Origin: Stegostoma tigrinum
Lineage: Eukaryota
Assembly (NCBI RefSeq): GCF_030684315.1
Contig: NC_081362.1
Span: 96,393,187-96,457,186 of the forward strand
Reading direction: 5' to 3'
DNA length: 64,000 nt
How positions within the stretch are numbered: the stretch's first letter is position 1; every line of letters starts with the position of its first letter. Below the pieces are notes generated by a model, which saw only the letters and a program-made list of their open reading frames with translations, ran no database searches and was not told where the DNA came from. This document shows positions 25,317-38,700 of this stretch, in pieces. Both the position numbers and the translations under genes were made by a program.

Positions 25317-25408
25317 TCTGAAGAAGGGTCCCAACCCGAAACGTCAGCTTTCCTGCTCCTCTGATGCTGTCTGGCCCGTTATGTTCCTGCAGCTCTGCAC
25401 CGTGTTAT
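25317..25408 (+). mobile_element. Solo Penelope-derived terminal repeat starting at a hammerhead core
   Basis: ctgaagaagggtcccaacccgaaacgtcagc; TSD atcttacacagagtt at 25302-25316 and 25409-25423. Confidence 0.75.
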
Positions 25409-25635
25409 ATCTTACACAGAGTTCAATTAGAAGGAACAATGATCACAATAAGTAAAGGTGCCTGGTTACATGGGGACATTTTCAGGGGTGTATGTGTAAA
25501 AGCAAATATTTATGATCAAATCTGCACCCATTGATGAAACCAAATATCTCTTCCGACTTGAAGGTGCAAGGGGCGATCTTGTCAGTTGTAATTTTGGGAA
25601 GTTGGAATCATATTTCACAGGCAATACAAGGAGAG

Positions 25636-25920
25636 GCTATGGTCTCATTGCGTGATCACTGGACTGTTAATCCAGAGACCCAGGTAACATTCTGGGGACC
25701 CGGGTTCTGAGGCAGAATTTGAACTCAATAAAAATGTCTGGAATTGCGAATCCATGAACCCATTGTCGATTGTTGCAAAATACCCATTTGGTTCACTACT
25801 ACTTTCAGGAATAAAAATGCCATCCTTTCCTGCTCAGGTCTGCATGTGACTCCAGACCTACAGCAATGAGGTTGACTCATAACTGCCTTCTGGGCAATTA
25901 GGGTTGGGCAATGAATTCTG
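25636..25920 (+). mobile_element. SacSINE1/DeuSINE-like SINE
   Basis: tcactggactgttaatccagagacccaggtaacattctggggacccgggttc head; catgtgactccagacc core. Confidence 0.7.
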
Positions 25921-26089
25921 GGAAGTTAGGGATTGGGGGGGGCGCCCCCATCCTGAGAATGAATAAAGGAAACAAAAAGTTGGAAGATGGGAATCCCAGG
26001 AAGCTATTTGCTGACAGGATCCCTCTCTGTGGTTAGCAGGGTGTAGCCCTCCAAAGGAAGCTGGGACCCAGAAGGGGAACAAAGCCAGT

Positions 26090-27200
26090 CTGTGGCTCCC
26101 TCATCCGGTTCACCAGTCCCACCACATCCATCACCTTTCCCTATCACTGCAGGAGCTATAACACATGTCCCTACACCTCCATCCAAGGCCCAAAGTAAAC
26201 TGTCCATGTCCAACAGGGGTTCACCTGTGTCTCATCCAACCTGGGCTACTGCATCTGTGAACCAGCAAGTGAAGTGAAGGAAAAGGATCAATAGAGACGC
26301 AGTGACAGACATTTGAGAGGGTATTTCAGAAACCTCGGTGTAAGTACATTGCTATGAAAAAGGAAAATCTCCAAATGGATGATCCACTATCCTTGGTAAC
26401 AATGTGGCCTCTCCTACACTGTTGAGAAAAAGCACAGGCTCAGTGATATATTTGTGGAGCAGCTATGCTTTGTACATGATAATCAACAATATCTTCGGGA
26501 TGCGAACCATTTTAACTCCCGCTCAGTCTCTTGGTGACATGTCCATCCTGGGCCTCACCCAGTACCACAATGATGCCACACGCAAACTGGAGAAACAACA
26601 CCTCATGTTCCACCTCAGGAGAGTACAGCATGATGGCCCAAACATGGAATTCAGTAGTTTCAAAATCTTCCCACCCAAGGGCTCAACTCATAACCAACAC
26701 TCCCTCTCATCCTCACCTCCTTGATCGGACACCACCTGTCCATCTTCTTCCCCAGATAACAAAGTCTCGAGCTGGATGAACACAGCAGGCCAAGCAGCAT
26801 CTTAGAAGCAGAAAAGCTGATATTTTGGAAGGTTCTCGGCCCAAAACATCAGCTTTTCTGCTCCTAAGATGCTGCTTCGCCTGCTGTGTTCATCCAGCTC
26901 GAGACTTTGTTATCTCGGATTCTCCAGCATCTGCAGTTTCCATTATTTTTCATCTTCTTCCCCATCTATCTGCCCCAGCCAACCTACTGACCAATCGCTT
27001 TTACCCCTACCTGTATCCACCTATTGCCATCCTACCTACCTTCACTTTATTTCCCAGCTCCCCTCCCCATCTCCAGTCCTGATGATTCGGCCCAAAACAT
27101 CAACTCTCCTGCTCTGCTAATGCTGCCTTAGCTGGGGTGTTCTTTCAGTTCCACACTGTATTGACTCTGACTCCAGCATCTGCAGTTCTTGCTGTCTCCA
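26090..27200 (+). mobile_element. Decayed Penelope GIY-YIG fragment with a nested palindromic terminal-repeat unit (about 26755-26950)
   Basis: DMSILGLTQYHNDATRKLEKQHLMFHL; nested unit flanked by a catcttcttcccca direct repeat. Confidence 0.75.
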
Positions 27201-28243
27201 ACCCACAAGGATTCTGGAGTCTGTGAACTGAAAATGGACAATTGAAACGATTACAAGCATCAAACAGGCTGTAAGGGCCGGAACCTTAAAGTTTGAGCAT
27301 GCAGGATGTTACCCATGGTTTCCAGTGGAGATTTCTTGTAGAAATTAGTTCTTGTAAAGTTAACACCAAACAGAGAAAGGAGCTATAGCCCAGAGAAAAA
27401 AGAAACAAAGTTGTTTTGGGGAATTAATGGGGTGGTGTGGGTAGGGAGTGATTTAAGATTTAAAAACACAATTCCATCCTAAACAAACTTTGTGCCCACC
27501 CTCTTTCAGCTTGATCTGGGGTCAGAAGGTGACTGGATGATGAATCCAGTCCCAGAAGACAGGCTGAACATTTAAATCTTACAATAAAGAACAAGGGACT
27601 GAGTTAGATGATCAGCCATGAATGTTAGAGGAGGCTGAAAGGGCTTCTCTCTGGCATTGGTATAACAGCAGGAGATGCCCTTGGTCCAGGAGATTATGTT
27701 ATAGAATCGGTTTGGATTGAGGTCAGGAACAGTAAAGGAATGAAATCATTCATGGGAGTGATCTACAGGCCCCACAGCAGGAGCCAGTGTGGAAGAAAGT
27801 GTACAAGAAGAAACATTGGGTGCCTGTGAAAAAGGGAACATCATGAGTGACTTAAATCTACGTATAACCTGAAGAAATCAGATTGATAACAGTAGCCTGG
27901 ATGAAGAGTTCATTGGTTTCTTTGGAAAGTGATTCTGTAAAATGCTGCTGTCAGAAACAATCAGACAGTAGGTTATATTAGACTTGGCATTGTGGAATGT
28001 GACAGGAGTAATGGTTTCAGAGTAAAGGCCCTCCTGGGTAGCAATGACCACAATATGATTGACTTTTACATTCAGTTTGAAAGGAGACTCGAACAGAGAC
28101 TAGTATTTTGAATTTAAGTGTGGCTGCGTAGAAATGAAAGCTGAACTAGCTGGAATGAACAGGCCTGTGAAGTGAGGGGAAAATATCAACAGAGACACAG
28201 TGACAGATATTTAAGGGAGTATTTCAGAATGCTCAGAATATGT

Positions 28244-31200
28244 AGAACCAAGAACAAAGAACAAAGAAAATTATAGCACAGGAACAGGCCCTTCGGCCCT
28301 CCAAGCCTGCGCCAGTCAAGATCCTTTGTCTCAGCCTCTCATCTATTTTCTAAGGGTATGTATCCCTTTGCTCCCAGCCCATCCATGTACCTGTCCAGAT
28401 ACATCTTAAGAGACACTAATGTGTCTGCGTCTACCACCTCCGCTGGCAATGCTTTCCAGGCACCCACCACCTTCTGCATAAAGAACTTTCCACACATATC
28501 TCCCTTAAACTTTCCTCCTCTCACTTTGAACTCATGACCCCTCGTAACTGAGTATCCCACTTCTGGGAATAAAGCTTCTTGCTGTCCACCTTGTCTGTAC
28601 CCCTCATGATTTTGTAGACCTCAATCAGGTCCCCCCTCAATCTCCATCTTTCTATTGAAAATAATCCTAATCTCCTCAAGCTTTCTTCGTAGTAACGCCC
28701 TCCGTAACAGGCAACATCCTGGTGAACCTCCTCTGCACCCTCTACAAAGCATCCACATCCTTTTGGTTATGTGGTTACCAGAACTATACACAATACTCTA
28801 AATGTGGCCAAACCAAAGTCCTATACAACTGCAACATGACCTGCCAACTCTTGTACTCAATACCCCGTCCAATGAAGGAAAACATGCTGTATGCCTTCTT
28901 GGCCACTCTATTGACCTGCGTTGCGACCTTCAGGGAACAATGGACCTGAACAGCCAGATCTCTCTATACATCAGTTTTCCACAGGACTTTTCCATTTACT
29001 GTATAGTTTGCTCTTGAATTAGATCTTCCAAAATGCATCACCTCGCATTTGTCTGGATTGAACTCCATCTGCTATTTCTTCACCCAACTCTCCAATCTAT
29101 CTCTATTCTGCTGTAATCTCTGACAGTCCCCTTCACTATTTGCTAATCTTTGTGTCATCTGCAAACTTTCTAATCAGACCACCTATACTTTCCTCCAGGC
29201 CATTTACGTAATTCACAAACAACTGTGGTCCCAGCACTGGTCACAGGTCTCCAATTTGAGAAACCCCCTTCTACTAGTAATCTCTGCCTCCTGTTGCCTA
29301 GCCAGTTTTTTTTTATCCATCTAGGTAGAACATCCTGGACACCATGCAACTTCACTTTCTCCATCAGCCTTCCATGGGGAACCTTACTAAACGCCTTTCT
29401 GAAGTCCATGTATATGACATCTACAGCCTTTCCCTCATCAATCAACTTTGTCACGTCCTCAAAGAATTCTATTAAGTTGGTAAGACATTACCTTCCCTGC
29501 ACAAAACCATGATGTCGATCTCTGATCAGCCCGTTTTCTTCCAAATGGGAATAGATCCTATCCCTCAGTATCTTCTCCAGCAGCTTCCCTCCCACTGATG
29601 TCAGGCTCACTGGTCTATAATTGCCTGGATTGTCCCTGCTATCCTTTTTAAACAAGGGGACAACATTAGCGATTCTCAAGTTCTCCGGGACCTCAACCGT
29701 GTTTAAGGATGCTGCAAAGATATCTGCTAAGGCCCCGGCTATTTCCTCTCTTGCTTCCCTCAAAACCTGGGATAGATCCTACTTGGACCTGGGGACTTGT
29801 CCACCTTGATGCCTTCAAGGATACGCAACACTTCCTCCCTACTGATGCCAACTTGACCTAGAGTCATCAAACATCTATGTCGAAACCTCAACATCCGTCG
29901 TGTCCTTCTCCTTGGCAAATACCAATGCAAAGCACTTGTTAAGAATGTCGCCCATTTTTTCTGACTCAACGCATAACTTTCATTCTTTGTCCTTAAGTGG
30001 GCCAATCCTTTCTCTAGTCAACCTCTTGCTCCTTATATGTGAATGGAAAGCTTTGGGATTTTCCTTAACCATGTTTGCTAAAGATATCTCAGGTCCCCTT
30101 TTAGCCCTCTTAATCCCTTGTTTCAGATTCGCTCTACATTCTCGATATTCTTCCAAAGCTTTGTCTGTCTTCAGTTGCCAAGAACTTATGTGTGCTTCCT
30201 TTTTCCTCTTAGCTAGTCTCACAATTTCACCTGTCATCTATGGTTCCTTAATCTTGCCATTTCTATCCCCGATTTTCACAGGAACATGCCTCTCCTGCAC
30301 ACTAATCAACCTCTCTTTGAAAGCCTCCCACATATCAAATGTGGATTTACCTTAAAACAGTTTCTCCCAATCTACATTCCCCAGATCCTGCTCAATTTTG
30401 GTTTAGTTGGCCTTCCCCCAGTTTCGAACTCTTCCTTTAGGGCCACTCTCATCTTTGTCCAGGAGTATTGTAAAACTTACGGAATTGTGGTCACTATTTC
30501 CAAAGTAGTCCCCTACTGTAATTTCAACCACCTGGCTGGGCTCATTCCTCAATGCCAGCTCTCAAGTCCTCCGGGACTTCACCCATGTTTAAAGATGCTG
30601 CAAAGATATCTGTTAAGGCCCCGGCTATTTCCTCTCTCGCTTCCCTCAAAACCTGGAATAGATCCTATCTGGACCTGGGAACTTGTCCACCTTAATGCCT
30701 TCTAGGACACCCAACACTTCCTCCCTACTTATGCCAACTTCCGGAGTTGGACTATGCAAATACTCCTCCAGAAAACCCTCCTGGATGCTCCTTTGGAATT
30801 CTGCCTCATCTTGACCCCTTACACTCAGTGAATCCCCATCAATGTTGGGAAAGTTAAAATCTCCCATCACCACCACCATGTTTCTCCTACATCTTTCCAT
30901 TATCTGTCTACACATTTTGTACCTCTATCACATGCTCACTGATGGGAGGCCTGCAGTGCAGCCCCAACATTGTTACTGCACCCTTCCGATTTCTGAGTTT
31001 TACCCATATTGCCTCACTGCTCTAGTCCCCCACAGTGCCCTCCTTCAGTACAGCTGTGATATCGTCTTTGATCAGTAATGCAACTCCTCCACCCCTTTTA
31101 CCTCCCTCTCTATCCTGCTGGGAGCATCGATATCCTGGGACATCTAGTTGCCAATCTTGCCCTTCCCTCAACCAAGTCTCAGTAACAGCAATAACATCAT

Positions 31201-32680
31201 ACTCCCATGTACCAATCCAAGCCCTAAGTTCGTCTGCCTTATCTACTACACTTCTCACATTAAAACAAATGCACTTCAGACTACTTGTCTCTTTATGTTC
31301 ATCATCTGTTCCCTGCCTACTCTTACCTTTAGTCACGCTGACTTCATTATCTAGTTCCCTACAGGCTTTAGTTACTACCTCCTTTCTGTCCAATAACCTG
31401 TCCAATATTTGGTTCCCATCCCTCTGCCACATTACTTTAAACCCTCTCCCACAGCGTTAGCAAAAGCACCCCCAAGGACATTGGTTCCAGTCCAGCACAG
31501 GTTTAGACCATCCAAATTGTAAGAGTCCCACCTTCCCCCGAACCGGTCCCAATGTCCCAAAATTCTGAACCCCTCCCTCCTGCACCATCTCTCAAGCCAT
31601 GCATTCATCCTGACTATTTTTTCATTTCTGCACTGACTAGCACGTGGCACTGGTAGCAATCCTGATATTACTACCTCTGAAGTCCTACTTTTTAACTTGG
31701 CTCCTAACTCCCTAAATTCTGCTTGTAGGACCTCATCCCGTTTTCTGCCCATATCATTGGTGCCTATATGCTCCACGACAACTGGCTGTTCGCCTTCCCC
31801 CTTCAGAATGTCCTGCAGCTGATCTGAGACATCCCTGACCCGTGCACCTGGGAGGCAACATACCATTTGGGAGTCTCGTTTTCGACCACAGAACCGCCTA
31901 TGTACTGCCCTTACAATTGAATCCCCTATGACTATAGCCCTTCCACACTTTTTCCTGCCCTTCTGTACAGCAGAGACAGCCATGGTGCCATGAACCTGGT
32001 TATTGCTGCCTTCCCCTGGTGAGCCATTTCCCCCAAAAGTATCCAAAACCGTATACCTGTTTTGTAGGGAGATGGCCACAGGGGACACCTGCACTGTCTT
32101 CCTGCTCTTTCTCTGCCTTTTGGTCACCCATTCCCTTTCTCCCTCAGCAATCCTAATCTGTAGTGTGACCAATTTGCTGAACATGCTATCCACGACTTCC
32201 TCAACATTGCGTATGCTCCAATGTGAGTCCATCTGCGGTTCCAGAGCCATCATATGGTTTAACAAGAGCTGCAACTGGACACACTTCCTGCACGTGAAGG
32301 AGTCAGGGACATCAGCCCTGTCCCTGAACTCCCACATTGAGCAAGAGGAGCATAACATGGGTCTGAGATCTCCTGCCACTTTTACTCTTAAGCTTAGCTT
32401 AGATAAATGAGAAAGGAATGAAGAAAGTTTTTACCAATCACACAAAATAAATTTAAAAAGGGAAATAGAAAATGACTTATCTTATCTTCTCACCACCGAG
32501 TCCTTTGTTCTTTGTGAGAGGAGGAGGGTGGGTGGGAGATACTACATGTATAGTATGTCAGGTTCAGCCACTGCCTAAATATATGAAGTCCGCTCCCGCT
32601 TGAGGTAAGCTTTTTAAAGTGGGAAAACTTACCTTCCCGGCAGCCTGCTGGTGCTCTATCTCTCTTGCTCCTCCCGAAAA
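28244..32680 (-). mobile_element. Near full-length CR1-clade LINE (5' UTR, ORF1, disrupted ORF2, 3' tail)
   Basis: ORF1 31432-32379; APE remnants CICFNVRSVVDK..DVIAVTETWL and VVVMGDFNFPNID; RT remnants PGNYRPVSLTS and DVIYMDFRKAF; tail (agaacaa)n at about 28244-28268. Confidence 0.92.
31432..32379 (-). CDS. CR1 ORF1p: zinc finger/leucine zipper + SGNH esterase-like domain
   Basis: CSSCSMWE...CRKCVQLQLL, IVIGDSIVR, CLPGARV, HIGTND, DGLNL. Confidence 0.88.
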   Translation of the reverse strand: MAGDLRPMLCSSCSMWEFRDRADVPDSFTCRKCVQLQLLLNHMMALEPQMDSHWSIRNVEEVVDSMFSKLVTLQIRIAEGEREWVTKRQRKSRKTVQVSPVAISLQNRYTVLDTFGGNGSPGEGSNNQVHGTMAVSAVQKGRKKCGRAIVIGDSIVRAVHRRFCGRKRDSQMVCCLPGARVRDVSDQLQDILKGEGEQPVVVEHIGTNDMGRKRDEVLQAEFRELGAKLKSRTSEVVISGLLPVPRASQCRNEKIVRMNAWLERWCRREGFRILGHWDRFGGRWDSYNLDGLNLCWTGTNVLGGAFANAVGEGLK

Positions 32681-33477
32681 TAGTACATTGCGATGATAAA
32701 GGAAAATTGCTAAAGAGATAATCCACTGTCCTTGGTAATGAAAGAAGTGAGGGCAAGCATCAAATTCGAGCAAAAAGCATGTAACTGTGCAAAAATGAAT
32801 AGCAGTTGACAAATGCGAAGCTGGAAAAGCACAGCAGGACAGACAGCATCTGAAGAGCAAGGAGGTCAATGTTTTGGGCTGAAGCCCTTCGTCAGGACCT
32901 GAAACATTGATTTCCCTGCTCCTCGGATGCTGACTGACCTGTTGTGCTTTTCCAGCTCCACGTTTGTTGATTCTGGCTTCCTGCGTCTTCAGTCCTTTCT
33001 GTCTCCAAAGATGAGTATTGGGTCAGAAGATTAGTCAGAGTATAAGAAATGACAGAACGATGGAATAATTAATTAGGAGGGAGAAATTAGAGTACAACAG
33101 AAAAATAATGAACAATGTGAAAAGATCTTGGTACTCTGGAAAGAGAGAGTAGGCAGTTGATAGATAATAAGGAAATGATAGATGAAATGATCAAATGTTT
33201 TGCTTTTTCCTTCAATATAAAGGATATAAAAACCATTTCAGCAATAGCTGCAAACCAGGAGGTGAATGAAAGAGAAGAATGTTGTGAAATTACAACCATG
33301 GTATTGAATAAACTGATGGAAAGTGTGATATGAGACATTTTGGCGTCAAGACATTCTTCAACCTTGGTAATTAAAAGATGTGGCTCAGGGAGCAGTGGAT
33401 GTGATTGCTGTAAAATTTTCCAAAGTTCCCTAGATTCCAGAAAAATAAGACTGAATTGTGGCAAATATATTGCTTTC

Positions 33478-35160
33478 ACTAAGGAAAGGGACCTTGTTGT
33501 GAATGAGAACTTTGAGGAGCAGGAAAACAGGCTTGAACAGATCAAGATTGAGGAAGTTAATGCGCTGGAAATTTTGACAAACATTAAGATTGATAAGTCC
33601 CCAGGGCCAGACCAGATATATCCTAGGTTGCTTCGGGAAGTGAGAAAGGAGGTTGCTAAGCCGCTGGCGAAGATCTTTGCTTCCTCACTCTCCACGGGAG
33701 TCGTACCGGGAGATTGGAGGGAGGCAAATGTTGTTCTTCTTTTCAAGAAAGGGAATAGGGAAATCCCTGGAAATTACAGACCAGTCAGTCTTACGTCTGT
33801 GGTCAGCAAGGTTTTGGAAAGAATTCTGAGGGATAGGATTTATGACTATTTGGAAAAGCAGAGCGTGATTAAAGGGAGTCAGCATGGCTTTGTGAGGGGC
33901 AGGTCATGCCTTACAAATCTTATTGAGTTTTTTGAGGAAGTCATGAGACAGGTTGACGAGGGTCGAGCAGTGGATGTGGTGTACATGGACTTCAGCAAGG
34001 CATTTGATAAGTTTCCCCATGGCAGGCTCATTCATAAAGTCAGGAGGTATGGGATACAGGGTGATTTGGCTGCCTGGATTCAGAATTGGTTGGCTGACAG
34101 GAGGCAGAGAGTGGTTGTAGATGATAAGTATTCTGCCTGTAGGTCAGTGCTGAGTGGTGTCCCGCAGGGCTCTGTTCTTGGGCCTCTGCTCTTTGTAGAT
34201 TTTATAAATGACTTGGATGAGGAGGTTGAGGGGTGGGTTAATATGTTTGCTGATGACACAAAGGTTGGAGGTGCAGTTGATAGTATCGAGGGCTATTGCA
34301 GACTTCAGCGAGACATTGACAGAATGCAGAGCTGGGCTGAGAAATGGCAGATGGAGTTCAACCTGGATAAATGTGAAGTGATGCATTTTGGAAGGTTGAA
34401 CTTAAATGCTAAATATAGGATTAAAGGCAGGATTCTCGGCAGTGTGGAGGAACAGTGGGATCTTGGTGTTCAAGTGCATTGTTCGCTCAAAGTTGCCACC
34501 CAGGTGGATAAGCTTGTTAAGAAAGCATATGGTGGTTTGGCTTTCATTAACAGGGGGATCGAGTTTAAGAGGCACGAGGTTATGCTGCAGCTCTACAAAA
34601 CCCTAGCGAGACCACACTTGGAATATTGTGTCCAGTTCTGGTCGCCCTATTATAGGAAAGATGTGGAGGCTTTGGAGAGGGTGCAAAGGAGGTTTACCAG
34701 GATGCTGCCTGGACTGGAGGGCTTGTCTTACAAGGAGAGGTTGACCGAGCTCGGACTTTTCTCTCTGGAGAGAAGGAGGAAGAGAGGTGACCTGATCGAG
34801 GTGTACGAGGTAATGAGAGGCATGGGTAGAGTCGATAGCCAGCGACTTTTCCACAGGGCAGGATTGACTGCCACGAGGGGTCATAGTTTGAAGGTGTTAG
34901 GAGGAAGGTATAGAGGAGATGTCAGAGGGAGGTTCTTCACCCAGAGATTTGTGGGTGCATGGAATAGTTTACCAGTGGTAGTCGTGGAAGCGGAGTCATT
35001 AGTGACATTTAAGCGACTGCTGGACATGCACATGGACAGCAGTGAATTGAGGGGAATGTAGGTTAGGTTATTTTATTTTTGGATTAGGAATATTCCACGG
35101 CACAACATCGTGGGCCGAGCTGCCTGTACTGTGCTGTACTTTTCTATGTTCTATGTTCTA
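33478..35160 (+). mobile_element. 5'-truncated young CR1-clade LINE with an uninterrupted RT frame
   Basis: Frame open to the stop at 35061 with NYRPVSLTS, YMDFSKAFDK, GVPQGSVLGPLLF and MFADDTK; (ttctatg)n tail; the empty site is visible in the duplicate at about 37735-37760. Confidence 0.93.
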
Positions 35161-35459
35161 TTGCAGAAGAAATGAACTTTTGGCCAGCTAACTTGTTGTC
35201 GATAATAGAGGCAGTCCTGTAATTAATTATTAAACTGGCTTTTACTGCATACTTGGGAAAATTCAAAATAATTGGGAAGAGTCAACATAGTTTTGTGACA
35301 GTGAAATCATGTTAAACCAATTTATGAGACTTTTTGATGGAATAGCTTATGCTGTGGATAAAGGGAAGTTAGTGGATATACTGCACTTGGATTTCCAGAA
35401 AGCATTTTACAAAGTGCTACATCAACGGTTACTGCAGCAGATAAATGTTCATCGAGTAA

Positions 35460-35935
35460 CATAGAAGATAAGTGCAGGAGAAGGTCATTAGGCCCTTCGA
35501 GTCTGCTTTGCCATTTATCACGATCATGGTCAATCATCCAACTCAATGGCCTCATTCTGCTTTCTCCTCATAACCTTTAATCCCATTCAATCCTAATGTG
35601 AGATCTATCCGTCTCTTGTGTATATTCAATGCTTTGGCATCAAGTCCTTCCTGTGGTAATGAATTCCAAAGGCTCACTACACTTTGAGTAGAGAAAAGTC
35701 TTCTCATCTTTGTACTAAGTGATCGCTCCCAAATCTTCAGACTGTGACCCCTGGTTCTGAACACACCCACCATCGGGAACATCCTCCCTGCATCTACCCT
35801 GTCTAGACCTGTTAGAAATGTATAAGTCTCTATGAGGTCATCCCTCATACATCTCAACTCCAGAAAAAATAATATCAACTTGGTCAATCTCTCCTCGTAC
35901 GTCAGACCCATCATCCCTGGAATTAGCCTGGTAAA
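35460..35935 (-). mobile_element. CR1 3' fragment, duplicated at about 38060-38540
   Basis: GLTYEERLTKL..DLIETY..RTRGHSLKI in both copies. Confidence 0.85.
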
Positions 35936-36119
35936 TGCATCATCACGGACAGTAGATTGGCTAGCTAACTGGCAGAAAACAGTGAAATTGCAGAAATAAG
36001 TTTCTTTCTGATCAGTAGGAGTGATGGGTGGAATCCCACAGCAATCTGTGCTGGTATCTCAGCATTTTACAACTTACATCAAAATAAGAGGAGCAGGCAT
36101 GATAACTAAATTCAGAGCG

Positions 36120-38700
36120 AGAAGAAACATTGGGTGCCTGTGAAAAGGGGAACATCATGAGTGACTTAAATCTACGTATAACCTGGAGAAATCAGATTGA
36201 TAACAGTAGCCTGGATGAAGAGTTCATTGGTTTCTTTGGAAAGTGATTCTGTAAAATCCTGCTGTCAGAAACAATCAGACAGTAGGTTATATTAGACTTG
36301 GCATTGTGGAATGTGACAGGAGTAATGATTTCAGAGGAAAGGCCCTCCTGGGTAGCAATGACCACAATATGATTGACTTTTACAAAGTGTAGAGCTGGAT
36401 GAACACAGCAGGCCAAGCAGCATCTCAGGAGCACAAAAGCTGATGTTTCGGGCCTAGACCCTTCATCAGAGAGGCACCCAATGTTTCTTCTTGCATACTA
36501 TCTTCCACACTGGCTCCTGCTGTGGGGCCTGTAGATCACTCCCATGAATGATTTCATTCCTTTACTGTTCCTGACCTCAATCCAAACCGATTCTATAACA
36601 TAATCTCCAGGACCAAGGGCATCTCCTGCCCTATACCTCTCTGATGAAGGGTCTAGGCCCAAAACATCAGCTTTTGTGGTCCTGAGATGCTGCTTGGCCT
36701 GCTGTGTTCATCCAGCTTCACACTTTATTACCTTGGATTCTCCAGCATCTGCAGTTCTCATTATCAATGATTGACTTTTACATTCAGTTTGAAAGTAGAC
36801 TCGATCAGAGTCTAGTATTTTAAATTTAAGGGTGACTACGTGGGAATGAAAGCTGAACTCGCCGGACTGAACAGGCCTGTGAACTGAGGAGAAAATATCA
36901 GTGGAGACACAGTGACAGACATTTCAGGGAGTATTTCAGAATGCGCAGGGTAAGCACGTTGCTATGATAAAGAAAAATCTCTAGAGGGATAATCCACCAT
37001 CCTCAGTCATGAAAGAAGTGAGCGAAAGCATCAAACTCGAGCAAAAAACATGTAACTGTGCAAAAATGAATAGCAGTTGACAAATGTGAAGCTGGAAAAG
37101 CACAGCAGGTCAGACAGCATCCAAAAAGCAAGGAAGTCAATGTTTTGGGCTGAAGCCCTTTGTCAGGACCCGAAACATTGATTTCCCTGGTCCTCGGATG
37201 CTGTCTGACCTGTTGTGCTTTTCCAGCTCCACATTTGTTGATTCTGGCTTCCTGCATCTTCAGTCCTTACTGTCTCCAAAGATGAGTAGTGGGTCGGAAG
37301 ATTAGTCAGAGTATAAGAAATGACAGAACGATGGAATAATTAATTAGGAGGGAGAAATTAGAGTACAACAGAAAAATAATGAACAATGTGAAAAAATCTT
37401 CGTGCTCTGGAAAGAGAGATTAGGTAGTTGATAGATAATAAGGAAATGAAAGATGAAATGATCAAATAATTTGCTTTCTCCTTCAATATAAAGGATATAA
37501 AAACCATTTCAGCAATAGCTGCAAACCAGGAGCTGAAAGAAAGAGAAGAATGTTGTGAAATTACAACCATGGTATTGAATAAACTGATGGAAACTGTGAT
37601 GTGAGACATTTTGGCGTTTAGATATGCTTCAGCCTGGGGAATTAAAAGAGTTGTCTCAGGGAGCAGTGGACGTGATTGCTATAAATTTTCCAAAGTTCCC
37701 TAGATTCCAGGAATGTAAGACTGAACTGTGGCAAATATATTGCTTCCTTTGCAGAAGAAATTAACTTTTGGCCAGCTGACTTGTTGTCGATAATAGAGGC
37801 AGTCCTGTAATTAATCATTAAACTGGCTTTTACTGAATACTTGGGAAAATTTGAAATAATTGGGAAGAGTCAACATAGTTTTGTGACAGTGAAATGATGT
37901 TAAACCAATTCAATAGACTTTTTGATGGAATAGCGTATGCTGTGGATAAAGGGAAGCTGGTGGATATACTGTACTTGGATTTACAGAAAACATTTTACGA
38001 AGTGTTACATCAAGGGTTACTGCAGCAGATAAAAGTTCATAGTGTCAGGAGTAACATAGAAACATAGAAGATAAGTGCAGGAGAAGGTCATTAGGCCCTT
38101 CGAGCCTGCTTTGCCATTCATCACGATCATGGCCGATCATCCAACTCAATGGCCTCATTCTGTTTTCTCCTCATAACCTTTGATCCCATTCACTCACCAT
38201 CGTATATCTATCCGGCTCTTATATATATTCAATGCTTTGGCATCAATTCCTTCCTGTGGTAATGAATTCCAAAGGCTTACTACACTTTTGAGTTGAGAAA
38301 AGCCTTCTCATCTCTGTACTAAATGATCTATCCCAAATCTTCAGACTGTGACCCCTGGTTCTGAAAACACACACCATCAGGAACATCCTCCCTGCACCAA
38401 CCCTGTCTAGTCCTGTTAGAATTGTGTAAGCCTCTATAAGATTGTCCCTCATACATCTAAATTCCAGCAAAAACAATCTCAACTTAGTCAATCTCTCCTC
38501 GTACGTCAGACCCACCATCCCTGGAATTAGCCTTGTAAATGCATCATCATGGACAGTAGATTGGCAGAACACAGTGAAATTGCAGAAATAAGTTTCTCTC
38601 TGATTAGTACGAGTGATGGGTGCAATCTGTGCTGGGACCTCAACATTTTACAACTTACATCAAGATAAGAGGAACGGGCATGTTAACTCAATTCACAGGT
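36120..38700 (+). repeat. Second copy of an ~2.3 kb tandem duplication (first copy about 27806-36115, interrupted by two CR1 insertions)
   Basis: 36120-36950 matches 27806-28240; 36955-37745 matches 32685-33477; 37750-38695 matches 35161-36115. Confidence 0.88.
36385..36766. mobile_element. Two inverted Penelope terminal repeats enclosing ~165 bp of inverted host sequence
   Basis: Repeats at about 36385-36472 (-) and 36637-36766 (+); insert 36472-36637 is the reverse complement of about 27659-27825; TSD atgattgacttttaca at 36369-36384 and 36767-36782. Confidence 0.85.

Noticed and set aside
33340-33477. N-terminal extension of the 573-aa RT ORF
   Set aside because: The first ~45 codons are flanking older repeat sequence (also present at about 37610-37745), in frame by chance
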